Positions 1-8,678 of a stretch of 32,000 bases of DNA are shown here, one piece after another; positions within the stretch are counted from its first letter, which is position 1; every line of letters begins with the position of its first letter. The stretch comes from Coprobacillaceae bacterium (lineage in GTDB: Bacteria > Bacillota_I > Bacilli_A > Erysipelotrichales > Coprobacillaceae), in assembly GCA_963675515.1 (NCBI GenBank), contig OY776328.1, forward strand, positions 210,001 to 242,000, given 5' to 3'. Both the position numbers and the translations under genes were made by a program. The notes beneath the pieces were generated by a model. The model made no database searches. It was not told the origin of the DNA and saw nothing but the letters and a program-made list of their open reading frames with translations.

Positions 1-924
1 GGGCAATACGAAAAATCAACTGAACAATTGCCAGAACAGGAGATCAAAAAGGAAGTACACAATCCCTTTATGAATAAACTCAAGTTGAAAAAGAAGGTAA
101 TCGCAGTTGAGCTCGATTCTCCTTTGAAGGACGATATCGCAAAATTCATGGAAAGGGCCCATTTTCTTCAAAGTTTGGGAATTGATATCATGACGATTGC
201 CGATAACCCTTTGGGGCGCGCCCGGATGGACAGTTCGCTTGTTGCATGTAAAGTCAAAAGAGAACTTGGATTGGAAGTATTACCCCACCTTACATGCCGC
301 GATCGCAATATAAACGCGACCAAAGGATTGCTTTTGGGATTGTCAGTTGAAGATGTTCATAATGTTCTGGTGGTCACCGGCGATCCTCTGCCATCATCGA
401 TTCGTGATGAGGTTAGATCCGTCTATGAATTCAACAGTCGGAAGATGGCGAAATATATTACCAATCTTAACCGTACCGATTTCACCAAGCCATTCAATAT
501 TATGGGTGCTCTAAATGTCAATGCCAGAAATTTTGATGTCCAGATCAAACTTGCTAAAGAAAAAATTGAAAATGGAGTCACAGTTTTTTTGACACAGCCA
601 GTCATGAGCGAGCAATCGCTAATCAACTTGAAAAGAGCTCATGATGAGTTGGATGCCTATGTCCTGGCGGGGATTTTGCCGATTGTTTCATATCGAAATG
701 CCTTGTTTATTGAAAATGAAATACCTGGTATCGAAGTGAAGGAAGAAATCATCAACAGATACAAAGACAAATCAAAAGATGAAGCCACTGTGATTGCAGT
801 AGATCTATCCAGTGATCTGATCCACCAGGTAGCGGATTATTGCGACGGATTTTATTTGATGACACCGTTTAACCGTGTAGATATTATCGAGAGGTTGATT
901 GGAAAGATAAGGGATATAAATTAG
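1..924 (+). CDS. metF: Methylenetetrahydrofolate reductase domain protein, 5' end cut by the window edge (probably the C-terminal part of a YitJ-like bifunctional homocysteine S-methyltransferase/MTHFR)
   Basis: Frame 1 is open from base 1; the ORF-track start at 28 is only an internal TTG. The translation has the MTHFR-type motifs HLTCRDRN and VLVVTGDP. TAG stop at 922-924 is followed by a hairpin and T-run. Confidence 0.8.
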   Translation, partial: GQYEKSTEQLPEQEIKKEVHNPFMNKLKLKKKVIAVELDSPLKDDIAKFMERAHFLQSLGIDIMTIADNPLGRARMDSSLVACKVKRELGLEVLPHLTCRDRNINATKGLLLGLSVEDVHNVLVVTGDPLPSSIRDEVRSVYEFNSRKMAKYITNLNRTDFTKPFNIMGALNVNARNFDVQIKLAKEKIENGVTVFLTQPVMSEQSLINLKRAHDELDAYVLAGILPIVSYRNALFIENEIPGIEVKEEIINRYKDKSKDEATVIAVDLSSDLIHQVADYCDGFYLMTPFNRVDIIERLIGKIRDIN

Positions 925-942
925 AATTAATTGTAAACAAGT

Positions 943-973
943 AAAAAACCGGGCTAGGGGAGGCCGGTTTTTT
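943..973 (+). terminator. Rho-independent terminator after the MTHFR gene
   Basis: AAAAAACCGG ... CCGGTTTTTT: a GC core stem extended by A/T pairing, with a T-run at 968-973. Confidence 0.55.
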
Positions 974-998
974 AAAAATTGAAATGTAAAATACTAGG

Positions 999-1067
999 GT
1001 AATAGTTTACTAATTATTAAGGATAATTGATGATGTGATTATGGGAATTTAATTAATAAACTATTAC
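999..1067. repeat. 18-nt imperfect inverted repeat (17/18) flanking a 33-nt AT-rich spacer
   Basis: GTAATAGTTTACTAATTA (999-1016) against the reverse complement of TAATTAATAAACTATTAC (1050-1067). Confidence 0.6.
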
Positions 1068-1182
1068 TTTCATAATATATCAATTTAGTAACCAAATAAA
1101 GAAAATTTCATAATAGGAAAAAAATAATAATTTTCACACATAAATAATGTATTTTTATATTTTAAAAACAAATAGCTTTATA

Positions 1183-1210
1183 TTGCTCATATCATATTAA
1201 TGATTATAAT
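1183..1210 (+). promoter_or_regulatory. Sigma-A-type promoter for the glmS leader
   Basis: -35 TTGCTC (1183-1188), 16-nt spacer, -10 TATAAT (1205-1210), about 30 nt upstream of the ribozyme core. Confidence 0.55.
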
Positions 1211-1239
1211 AATGCTATAGTGCGAAATAATTTAATTGC

Positions 1240-1376
1240 AAGCGCCAGGACTCTAACAGAGTTGACGAGGTTTAGGCTTATCGAAATATTCGGCGGATGG
1301 TCTAAGGGCATGGTAATGTCTGATAATGTTACAAAAATAACGGGTGACCGTTGAACAAATGACATTAATTACCCGC
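1240..1376 (+). ncRNA. glmS-ribozyme: glmS ribozyme (GlcN6P-activated self-cleaving riboswitch)
   Basis: Conserved core strings are in the canonical order: AGCGCCAG (cleavage-site region, 1241-), GACGAGG, TATCGAA, CGGCGGATG, and GGGTGACCGTTGAACAAA closed by TACCCG. It sits directly upstream of glmS. The match to the B. subtilis glmS leader is from memory. Confidence 0.9.
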
Positions 1377-1403
1377 ACTAAAAAAATTCAAAGGAGAAGT
1401 TTT

Positions 1404-3224
1404 ATGTGTGGAATTACTGCATATGTAGGCAATGAAAATGCATTGCCATTTTTGTTGCAAGGTTTGTCAAAATTGGAGTATCGTGGTTATGATTCGGCCG
1501 GTGTGACTATTATCGACAGCGATAATAATATTAACACTTACAAGGCCAAAGGAAGAATCAAGAACCTTGAGGAGTTACTTGAGGGGAATCATGTGGAAGG
1601 AAAGATAGGAATCGGACATACCCGATGGGCGACGCATGGTGTTCCATCCAATCTCAACGCACATCCCCATACGAACAATACCAATACCATTTCTATCGTT
1701 CATAATGGAATCATCGAAAATTATCAGGAGTTGAAAAAGGATCTTATTGAAAAGGGATACCAGTTCAATTCCCAAACCGACAGTGAGGTTGTTGTGCATC
1801 TGCTTGACCATTTTTATAATGGCGATATGCATGCGGCACTGAAAAAAGTGATTGAAATGATAGAAGGATCTTATGCCCTTTGTATTGTTCACAACGACAA
1901 CCCGGATGTTATTTACATAACAAAAAAGGACAGTCCGATCGTTTTGGGAAGAACCCAGACAGCCTCTTTGGCAGGTTCGGATATTCCGGCTATTTTAGAT
2001 TATGCAAAGGATGTCTACTTTCTAGAAGACGGCGAAATAGCTGTATTGACCAAGGAAGGAATAGATTTTTTTGATGCCGATGACAATCCAATTCAAAAAG
2101 AACTAGTTCACATCCCTTATGACAACGAGGCTGCTCAAAAGGGTGGATACGATTCGTTTATGTTGAAGGAAATCCATGAACAGCCATATGTGATTAAGGA
2201 AACCTTGAGAGGTCGCGTTGAAAATGGAGATCGTGTCGTTCTTCCGGAACTTGACGCGATTCATGATATGCTGCCAAGTTACAATAAAGCCTATTTTGTT
2301 GCCTGCGGTACAGCCTATCATTCAAGCATTTTTGGGGCAAGCGTCCTGGAAAAATTGGCGGGTATCCCGACAATAACCCAAGTTGCTTCCGAGTTCCGGT
2401 ATAATGATCCGATTGTAGATAAAAGAACCTTGGCTTTCTTTGTCTCTCAGTCTGGTGAAACTGCTGACACGATGGCGGCATTGAGATTGGCAAAGAAAAA
2501 AGGGGCTACGACAATTGCGATTGTCAATGTATTGGGATCTTCGATTTCCCGTGAAGCGGATTATACAATTTATACGTTGGCAGGGCCTGAAATCGCTGTG
2601 GCATCTACAAAAGCCTATACGACACAGATTGTGGTTATGGAACTTGTTGCCATGTATATCGCCCAGGCGTTGAATCGCAACAGCTATGATTACAAAAAAC
2701 TTATCGATGGACTTTCAAGCTTGCCAAACCTGCTGGAAAACATCTTGCAGGATGAAGAAATATTCAAAGGTTACGCAAAAATGCTTGAGCATGAACGCGA
2801 TTGTTACTACATTGGCCGCGGACTTGACTATGCTTCAGTTTTGGAAGGTGCATTAAAAGTCAAAGAGGTTTCATATATTCATGCCGATGCCTATGTCGCA
2901 GGCGAATTGAAACATGGTCCAATCGCCCTGATCGAAGATGGATCAATCGTGATTGCGGTGGCTACCCAGCCAAATATCGCGTCGAAGACAATTTCAAATA
3001 TCCAGGAGACGATTGCACGTGGGGCCAGAGTTGTGTTGTTCACAATTGAAGGTATGGATGTCCATGGGGTTGAAAACACTTATATTTTGCCAAATGTCGA
3101 TAGCTTGCTTCAAGGCATCCTGGTTGCTGTGCCGTTGCAATTGATTGCTTACTATACGGCAGTATTCAAAAATTGTGATGTCGATAAACCACGAAACCTG
3201 GCAAAATCAGTTACAGTTGAATAA
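1404..3224 (+). CDS. glmS: Glutamine--fructose-6-phosphate aminotransferase (isomerizing)
   Basis: ATG at 1404 is preceded by AAAGGAG. The N-terminus MCGITAYVG gives the obligatory Cys after Met1 of Ntn amidotransferases. SIS-domain motifs (SQSGETADT) and the C-terminal KPRNLAKSVTVE are present. The ORF-track GTG at 1344 lies inside the ribozyme. Confidence 0.95.
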   Translation: MCGITAYVGNENALPFLLQGLSKLEYRGYDSAGVTIIDSDNNINTYKAKGRIKNLEELLEGNHVEGKIGIGHTRWATHGVPSNLNAHPHTNNTNTISIVHNGIIENYQELKKDLIEKGYQFNSQTDSEVVVHLLDHFYNGDMHAALKKVIEMIEGSYALCIVHNDNPDVIYITKKDSPIVLGRTQTASLAGSDIPAILDYAKDVYFLEDGEIAVLTKEGIDFFDADDNPIQKELVHIPYDNEAAQKGGYDSFMLKEIHEQPYVIKETLRGRVENGDRVVLPELDAIHDMLPSYNKAYFVACGTAYHSSIFGASVLEKLAGIPTITQVASEFRYNDPIVDKRTLAFFVSQSGETADTMAALRLAKKKGATTIAIVNVLGSSISREADYTIYTLAGPEIAVASTKAYTTQIVVMELVAMYIAQALNRNSYDYKKLIDGLSSLPNLLENILQDEEIFKGYAKMLEHERDCYYIGRGLDYASVLEGALKVKEVSYIHADAYVAGELKHGPIALIEDGSIVIAVATQPNIASKTISNIQETIARGARVVLFTIEGMDVHGVENTYILPNVDSLLQGILVAVPLQLIAYYTAVFKNCDVDKPRNLAKSVTVE

Positions 3225-3231
3225 TTACACT

Positions 3232-3255
3232 ACCAGCTATATGCTGGTTTTTTTG
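3232..3255 (+). terminator. Rho-independent terminator after glmS
   Basis: ACCAGC-ATAT-GCTGGT hairpin followed by T7. Confidence 0.75.
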
Positions 3256-3318
3256 TGTACTATGTTGAATTGTGTTACGCCATATGTAACTTATGGATGC
3301 CGATAATATTCTAATTGA

Positions 3319-3347
3319 TTGACATTAATTAGTACCTAAACTATAAT
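3319..3347 (+). promoter_or_regulatory. Perfect-consensus sigma-A promoter upstream of the giant activase-like gene
   Basis: TTGACA (3319-3324), 17-nt spacer, TATAAT (3342-3347), 40 nt upstream of the ATG at 3388. Confidence 0.7.
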
Positions 3348-3387
3348 ATGTAAGAAATTATTGATGAAAATTCAGATGGGAGTAGAC

Positions 3388-6300
3388 ATGGATAAAATAT
3401 ATTTATTGGGGATTGATGTGGGTTCGACTACAGTCAAATTCTACCTGACTGATGAAAATAATGAATGCATTTTTTCAACGTACCAACGTCATTTTTCCGA
3501 TGTGAAAAAAGCCATAAAGGACTTATTTACTCAATTATATGATAAATATTCTGATATTAATGTTAAGGTTGTTATGACCGGGTCAGGGGGTCTTTCACTT
3601 TCCAAATATTTGGGTATCAAATTTGTTCAGGAAGTTATTGCTTGTACAAAAACGGTTGAGACTTATATACCTGAATGTGATGTGGCGATAGAGCTTGGTG
3701 GCGAAGATGCAAAGATCACTTATTTCGAGGCTTCTTTGGAGCAAAGGATGAACGGATCATGCGCGGGAGGAACAGGAGCCTTCATTGATCAGATGGCATC
3801 TTTGATTCAGTGTGATGCGTCCGGTTTGAATGAGTTGGCAAAAAACTATCAGACTATTTATCCTATCGCATCACGCTGTGGCGTATTTGCGAAGACCGAT
3901 GTCCAGCCACTTATAAATGAAGGGGCCCGAAAGGAAGACATTGCCATATCTGTTTTCCAAGCTGTTGTAAATCAGACAATTTCCGGTCTGGCTTGCGGTA
4001 AGCCAATAAGAGGAAAAGTAGCATTCCTTGGTGGACCGCTATATTTTTTAAGCGAGTTGCGCCAACGTTTCATTGAGACACTGAAAATCAAAAATGAGGA
4101 CGTCATTTTCCCTCCGGATTCGCAATTATTTGTGGCTATGGGGGCTGCGCTGCTCGCTGCTGATGAGAAAAAAACAGGAATTCTAGGTGACTTGTTGGAA
4201 AAACTGGTTAACATGCCTGAAAATATCGGCGATAATACAAAGACACTTGAACCATTGTTCAATAGCGACGCAGAAGTTGAGGATTTTAAAAAACGTCACT
4301 TAAAAAACAAAGTGGGACGCAATGATCTTGAAACATATAAGGGAAACGCATTTCTAGGTATCGATGTCGGATCTACGACAACAAAGGCGGCATTGCTCGA
4401 TGACCAGGGGCGATTACTATACACCTACTACAATTCAAATGAGGGAGACCCACTTGGAGTAGTCAAAAAGATTATTTCAGACATCTATTCAAAGTTGCCC
4501 GGAGACGTCAAGATCGCCAGGGCCGGCGTGACCGGATATGGTGAAGCCTTGGTTAAGGCAGCTTTCAAAGTTGATATGTCTCAGGTTGAAACTATCGCTC
4601 ATTACCGTGGAGCTCAGTATTTCAAAGAGGATGTCACCTTCATTCTCGATATCGGTGGACAGGACATGAAAGCAATCAAAGTTGAGGATGGGGTAATCCA
4701 GGACATCCTTTTGAATGAGGCATGTTCATCGGGCTGTGGATCATTCATTGAGACTTTCGCCAAATCACTGGGATATGATGTCAAGGATTTCGCCAAGCTT
4801 GCCAATGAATCGCGCATGCCAATCGACCTCGGTTCACGATGCACAGTGTTTATGAACTCGAAGGTGAAGCAAGCCCAAAAAGAAGGGGCTAAAGTTGCCG
4901 ACATCTCAGCAGGTCTTTCATACTCAGTCATAAAGAATGCCCTATATAAGGTGATAAAACTGAGAAATTCAGATGCGATAGGAAACAGTGTATTGGTTCA
5001 AGGTGGAACATTCTATAATGAATCAGTACTTAGAGCTTTTGAAAAAGAGACTAAGGTGGAAGTCATAAGACCGGATATCGCTGGTTTGATGGGTGCGTTT
5101 GGAATCGGATTGCTGGCATTGGAAGATTATAAAGGCCAGCCATCAACTCTGCTAAATCCTAGCCAGATTGAGATGTTTGGTTTCGACAGTGAAATTGTCC
5201 GCTGTCAAAAATGCAACAACCACTGTCTGATGACCGTATCAAGCTTCAACGATGGATCAAAGCATATTTCTGGCAACAGATGTGAACGCGGGGCTGATCT
5301 GCCTCCGATAAACAAGAACCTGCCGAATATGTACGACTTCAAATATCGCAGGGTATTCAACTATCGCTCACTGGCAATGGAAGATGCAATTCATGGTGAA
5401 GTTGGAATTCCACGAGTATTGAACATGTACGAAAATTATCCTTTCTGGCATACCTTATTCACGGCTTTGAAATTCCGTGTTGTTCTGTCGGCAAGGTCAT
5501 CTAAGACTGTCTATGAAAAAGGGATAGAATCAATTCCATCTGAATCGGTATGCTACCCTGCTAAAATTTCCCACGGTCATATCGAGGATCTCATTGAAAA
5601 AGGTATGAAATTCATATTCTATCCGTCTGTTGCTTATGAAAGAAAAGAGTTCCCAGAAGCAGATAATAGTTATAACTGTCCAGTTGTAACTTCATATCCT
5701 GAAGTTATCAAGAACAATGTTGACAACATCACAAAAGTCAATTTTAAGAATCCTTTTGTCGATCTGTCAAACAAAAAGTCAATCTTCAAGATAATGAAAG
5801 ATGTACTCAAGGAATTCTCGATCGGTGACAACGAGCTGTTGGTTGCGATCAACAAAGCTTATGGGGAACAGACGAAATTCCGACTTGATATCGAGGAGCA
5901 AGGTGAGAAGGTACTCGACTATATCCGGGAAAACAATATCAAAGGTATCGTGCTGGCCGGACGACCATACCACGTCGATCCGGAAATCAATCATGGTATA
6001 CCTGACCTTATTACCGGAGAGAAAATGGCGGTTTTGACTGAAGATTCAATCGCCCACTTGAAACCACTTAATTCGCAGCTTCGCGTAGTCAACCAATGGA
6101 CATACCATTCAAGGCTCTACCGGGCGGCTCAATATGTAGCTGATGATAAAAATCTTCAACTTATCCAGTTGACTTCGTTTGGATGCGGACTGGATGCGGT
6201 GACTGCCGACCAGGTAAGTGAAATATTACATGCCAAAAACAAAGTATTCACCTTGTTGAAAATCGATGAAGGTTCCAATCTTGGGGCTGTGAGAATCCGA

Positions 6301-7608
6301 ATCCGTTCGTTGAAAGCGACAATGGATAAGCGTGAAAAAGAAAATGAAGATATCGAATTCAATGATTATCATGCGCACAAAGTTGAGTTCACTTCAAAAA
6401 TGAAGGATGACAATTGGACGATACTATGTCCTCAGATGTCTCCGATTCATTTCCAATTCATCGAGTCGGCTTTCAAATCTTCCGGCTACAATCTCGAAAT
6501 TCTACCATCAGTCGATACGAATGCAGTTGAGGCGGGGTTGAAATACGTCAATAACGATGTATGTTATCCTAGCATTCTTGTTACCGGGCAGTTGATGGCC
6601 GCCTTGGAAAGCGGAAAATACGACTTGGAAAAAACTGCGGTAATTATTTCCCAGACGGGGGGGGGCTGCCGGGCGACCAATTATATCGCTTTTATCCGCA
6701 AGGCCTTGGCAGATGCAAGATTGGAACACATCCCAGTAATTTCGGCGAATTTGCAGGGACTGGAAACAAATTCAGGCTTTAAGATCACGCTGCCATTGGC
6801 AAAAAAAGCCGTCATGGGAGCCGTTTATGGGGACCTTTTCATGCGCGTTCTCTACCGAGTGAGACCTTACGAACAGGTCAAGGGCAGCGCAAATGAACTC
6901 TATGAGAAGTGGGTTGAGAGATGCCAAAACAACGTCTCAACTGGATCTATGACCGAGTTTAGAAGAAACATAAAATCGATAGTTGAAGATTTCGACAGTT
7001 TGCCACTTTTGGATATCAAAAAACCACGGGTCGGACTGGTGGGGGAAATACTTGTCAAATTCCATCCTACCGCCAACAACCAAATTGTCGACATAATTGA
7101 AGACGAAGGCGGGGAAGCGGTAATGCCTGATTTGATCGATTTCTTCCAATATTCGTTTTTGAATATGCAATACAAACAAAAACAGTACAATCTTAACCTC
7201 TCTAAGAAATACATATCTAAGGCATTGATCAATTTTGTCGATCTTCTTCGATATGATATGAGAAAAGCACTCAAGCAGTCAAACCGTTTTGAACCACCTG
7301 CATCAATCTACCATCTTGCCCAAAAGGCGAATGAGGTAGTTGATTTGGGTAACCAGACCGGAGAAGGATGGTTTTTGACAGGAGAAATGATTGAGCTTAT
7401 TGAAGCTGGGGCTCCGAATATTGTCTGCATGCAGCCATTTGGTTGTTTGCCAAACCATGTCACAGGTAAAGGAGCGATAAAGGCCTTGAGGAAGAACTAC
7501 CCTCAGGCTAATATTGTTGCAGTTGATTATGATCCAGGTATATCCGAGGTCAACCAGTTGAATCGAATCAAATTGATGATGTCAACTGCTTTTAAAAATC
7601 TCAACTAA
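3388..7608 (+). CDS. Acyl-CoA dehydratase activase-related protein: tandem BcrAD/BadFG (HgdC-like) ATPase domains fused to a DUF2229/2-hydroxyacyl-CoA dehydratase-like C-terminal region (~1406 aa)
   Basis: There are two actin-fold ATPase repeats, each opening with LGIDVGSTT. Each carries paired Cys motifs: SCAGGTGAF + SRCGVFAKTD, and ACSSGCGSF + SRCTVFMNS. These are as in HgdC-type [4Fe-4S] activators. A Cys-rich linker CQKCNNHC...C follows, then a C-terminal part with GGGCRATNY and CMQPFGCLPNH. Start chosen at ATG 3388 (GGGAG RBS 5 nt upstream); the ORF-track TTG at 3361 is also possible. Confidence 0.8.
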   Translation: MDKIYLLGIDVGSTTVKFYLTDENNECIFSTYQRHFSDVKKAIKDLFTQLYDKYSDINVKVVMTGSGGLSLSKYLGIKFVQEVIACTKTVETYIPECDVAIELGGEDAKITYFEASLEQRMNGSCAGGTGAFIDQMASLIQCDASGLNELAKNYQTIYPIASRCGVFAKTDVQPLINEGARKEDIAISVFQAVVNQTISGLACGKPIRGKVAFLGGPLYFLSELRQRFIETLKIKNEDVIFPPDSQLFVAMGAALLAADEKKTGILGDLLEKLVNMPENIGDNTKTLEPLFNSDAEVEDFKKRHLKNKVGRNDLETYKGNAFLGIDVGSTTTKAALLDDQGRLLYTYYNSNEGDPLGVVKKIISDIYSKLPGDVKIARAGVTGYGEALVKAAFKVDMSQVETIAHYRGAQYFKEDVTFILDIGGQDMKAIKVEDGVIQDILLNEACSSGCGSFIETFAKSLGYDVKDFAKLANESRMPIDLGSRCTVFMNSKVKQAQKEGAKVADISAGLSYSVIKNALYKVIKLRNSDAIGNSVLVQGGTFYNESVLRAFEKETKVEVIRPDIAGLMGAFGIGLLALEDYKGQPSTLLNPSQIEMFGFDSEIVRCQKCNNHCLMTVSSFNDGSKHISGNRCERGADLPPINKNLPNMYDFKYRRVFNYRSLAMEDAIHGEVGIPRVLNMYENYPFWHTLFTALKFRVVLSARSSKTVYEKGIESIPSESVCYPAKISHGHIEDLIEKGMKFIFYPSVAYERKEFPEADNSYNCPVVTSYPEVIKNNVDNITKVNFKNPFVDLSNKKSIFKIMKDVLKEFSIGDNELLVAINKAYGEQTKFRLDIEEQGEKVLDYIRENNIKGIVLAGRPYHVDPEINHGIPDLITGEKMAVLTEDSIAHLKPLNSQLRVVNQWTYHSRLYRAAQYVADDKNLQLIQLTSFGCGLDAVTADQVSEILHAKNKVFTLLKIDEGSNLGAVRIRIRSLKATMDKREKENEDIEFNDYHAHKVEFTSKMKDDNWTILCPQMSPIHFQFIESAFKSSGYNLEILPSVDTNAVEAGLKYVNNDVCYPSILVTGQLMAALESGKYDLEKTAVIISQTGGGCRATNYIAFIRKALADARLEHIPVISANLQGLETNSGFKITLPLAKKAVMGAVYGDLFMRVLYRVRPYEQVKGSANELYEKWVERCQNNVSTGSMTEFRRNIKSIVEDFDSLPLLDIKKPRVGLVGEILVKFHPTANNQIVDIIEDEGGEAVMPDLIDFFQYSFLNMQYKQKQYNLNLSKKYISKALINFVDLLRYDMRKALKQSNRFEPPASIYHLAQKANEVVDLGNQTGEGWFLTGEMIELIEAGAPNIVCMQPFGCLPNHVTGKGAIKALRKNYPQANIVAVDYDPGISEVNQLNRIKLMMSTAFKNLN

Positions 7609-7628
7609 ACAATCAAATACCGGCAAAC

Positions 7629-7678
7629 TTTGTCTACCTTGTCAGGCAGACAAAAGAAAATTGTCATCTGTTTTTTTT
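7629..7678 (+). terminator. Probable terminator region after the giant gene
   Basis: Two alternative hairpins (TTTGTCT...AGACAAA at 7629-7654, and GACAA...TTGTC at 7649-7665) are followed by T8 (7671-7678). The geometry is not canonical. Confidence 0.4.
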
Positions 7679-7882
7679 GAATGACTACATGAAAAGATAA
7701 TCGCCAAATGAACAATGGCCAATGGTTTAGATAATCTGTTGGATAAGAACCGTAGTTATTTGTTGCAGTTGCTGACGATCTTTTGGCACATGTGGTCATT
7801 CAATTTTTTATTTAAATGGCTGGCAATTTAGGTTATACTATTTAAGTGTTGAAACTTATAAAATTAAGAGCAGGTGGTATTG

Positions 7883-8539
7883 ATGAAAATTTTCAGACTG
7901 ATTTCCCGGGTAATAATATCAATAATCGTAATTGCCATTGGGATTAATATATTTGTGATGCTTGTCGGACAGGGCAACAAGATCAACGCCTCTACTGAAA
8001 AATATGACTGCATTGTCGTTCTAGGTTGCAGCGTGTACAACGACAACCCTAGTGACATGCTGGAGGATCGTCTTGAAAAGGCTGTTGAACTATACCTTTC
8101 GGGTTATGGCGAAACTATCCTGATGTCAGGCGATGTTGATGGGGAATATTATGATGAAGTTGAAGTTATGAAGGATTATGCATTGTCTAAGGGCGTTCCC
8201 GAATCAGCAATTATCACCGATCCAAACGGATTTTCCACTTATGCAAGCATGTACTCGCTTATGGAGAATTATTCATATTCAAAATATCTGATTGTGACGC
8301 AACCATATCATCTATACCGCAGCCTATTCATTGGGCGAATGCTTGGACTTAACGTCAATGGAATCGGTAGCGAAGGAAACAATTATCCAGGCCAATTGGA
8401 AAGGGATGTGCGCGAATTTTTTGCAAGGATAAAGGATACAATCAATATAGTGTTCTCCAATGAGCCAAATTATCAGACAAGAAAAGACGACATAATTGAA
8501 TTGGAGATATTATGGGATTTTATTTTCGACAAACTTTAA
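7883..8539 (+). CDS. sanA: SanA/YdcF-like DUF218 membrane-anchored protein
   Basis: An N-terminal TM helix (ISRVIISIIVIAIGINIFVMLV) is followed by DUF218-type motifs (DCIVVLGCSV..., ILMSGD, VTQPYHLYRS). ATG 7883 has an AGGTGG RBS 5 nt upstream; the ORF-track GTG at 7874 is less likely. Confidence 0.75.
   Translation: MKIFRLISRVIISIIVIAIGINIFVMLVGQGNKINASTEKYDCIVVLGCSVYNDNPSDMLEDRLEKAVELYLSGYGETILMSGDVDGEYYDEVEVMKDYALSKGVPESAIITDPNGFSTYASMYSLMENYSYSKYLIVTQPYHLYRSLFIGRMLGLNVNGIGSEGNNYPGQLERDVREFFARIKDTINIVFSNEPNYQTRKDDIIELEILWDFIFDKL
7901..7914. promoter_or_regulatory. Noc-binding-site (NBS)-like palindrome inside the sanA-like CDS
   Basis: ATTTCCCGGGTAAT matches the published 14-bp NBS consensus ATTTCCCGGGAAAT at 13 of 14 positions. 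Confidence 0.45.
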
Positions 8540-8567
8540 ACAAACTAATTTTAGTTTGTTTTTTTTA
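8538..8567 (+). terminator. Rho-independent terminator after the sanA-like gene
   Basis: AAACAAACTA-ATTT-TAGTTTGTTT hairpin followed by a T-run. Confidence 0.7.
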
Positions 8568-8678
8568 AGTGCATTTTAACTATACTCCTTAACATGAAGA
8601 TGTGATACGAGGAGCTAACTATATTTAAATCAAGTGTTTTTTGATAATTAGCTGAATTTATTGTTAGATTTTTGAAAA

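Noticed and set aside
1344-1403. ORF-track GTG start at 1344 for glmS
   Set aside because: These 60 nt lie inside the glmS ribozyme. The Ntn amidotransferase also requires Cys directly after the initiator Met, which only the ATG at 1404 (with an AAAGGAG RBS) provides.
3274-3290. GTTAC-N7-GTAAC small palindrome upstream of the consensus promoter, as a possible operator
   Set aside because: The arms are only 5 bp, which is expected frequently by chance, and it does not overlap the promoter.
6900-7274. 124-aa antisense ORF inside the giant activase-like gene. The same applies to the similar antisense ORFs at 12197-12565, 14571-14951, 18628-18996 and 25350-25712.
   Set aside because: All are shadow ORFs opposite well-supported genes. 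None has an RBS or family resemblance.
7605-7799. 64-aa minus-strand ORF in the intergenic region after the giant gene
   Set aside because: It has no RBS and spans the terminator hairpins. Its composition looks non-coding.
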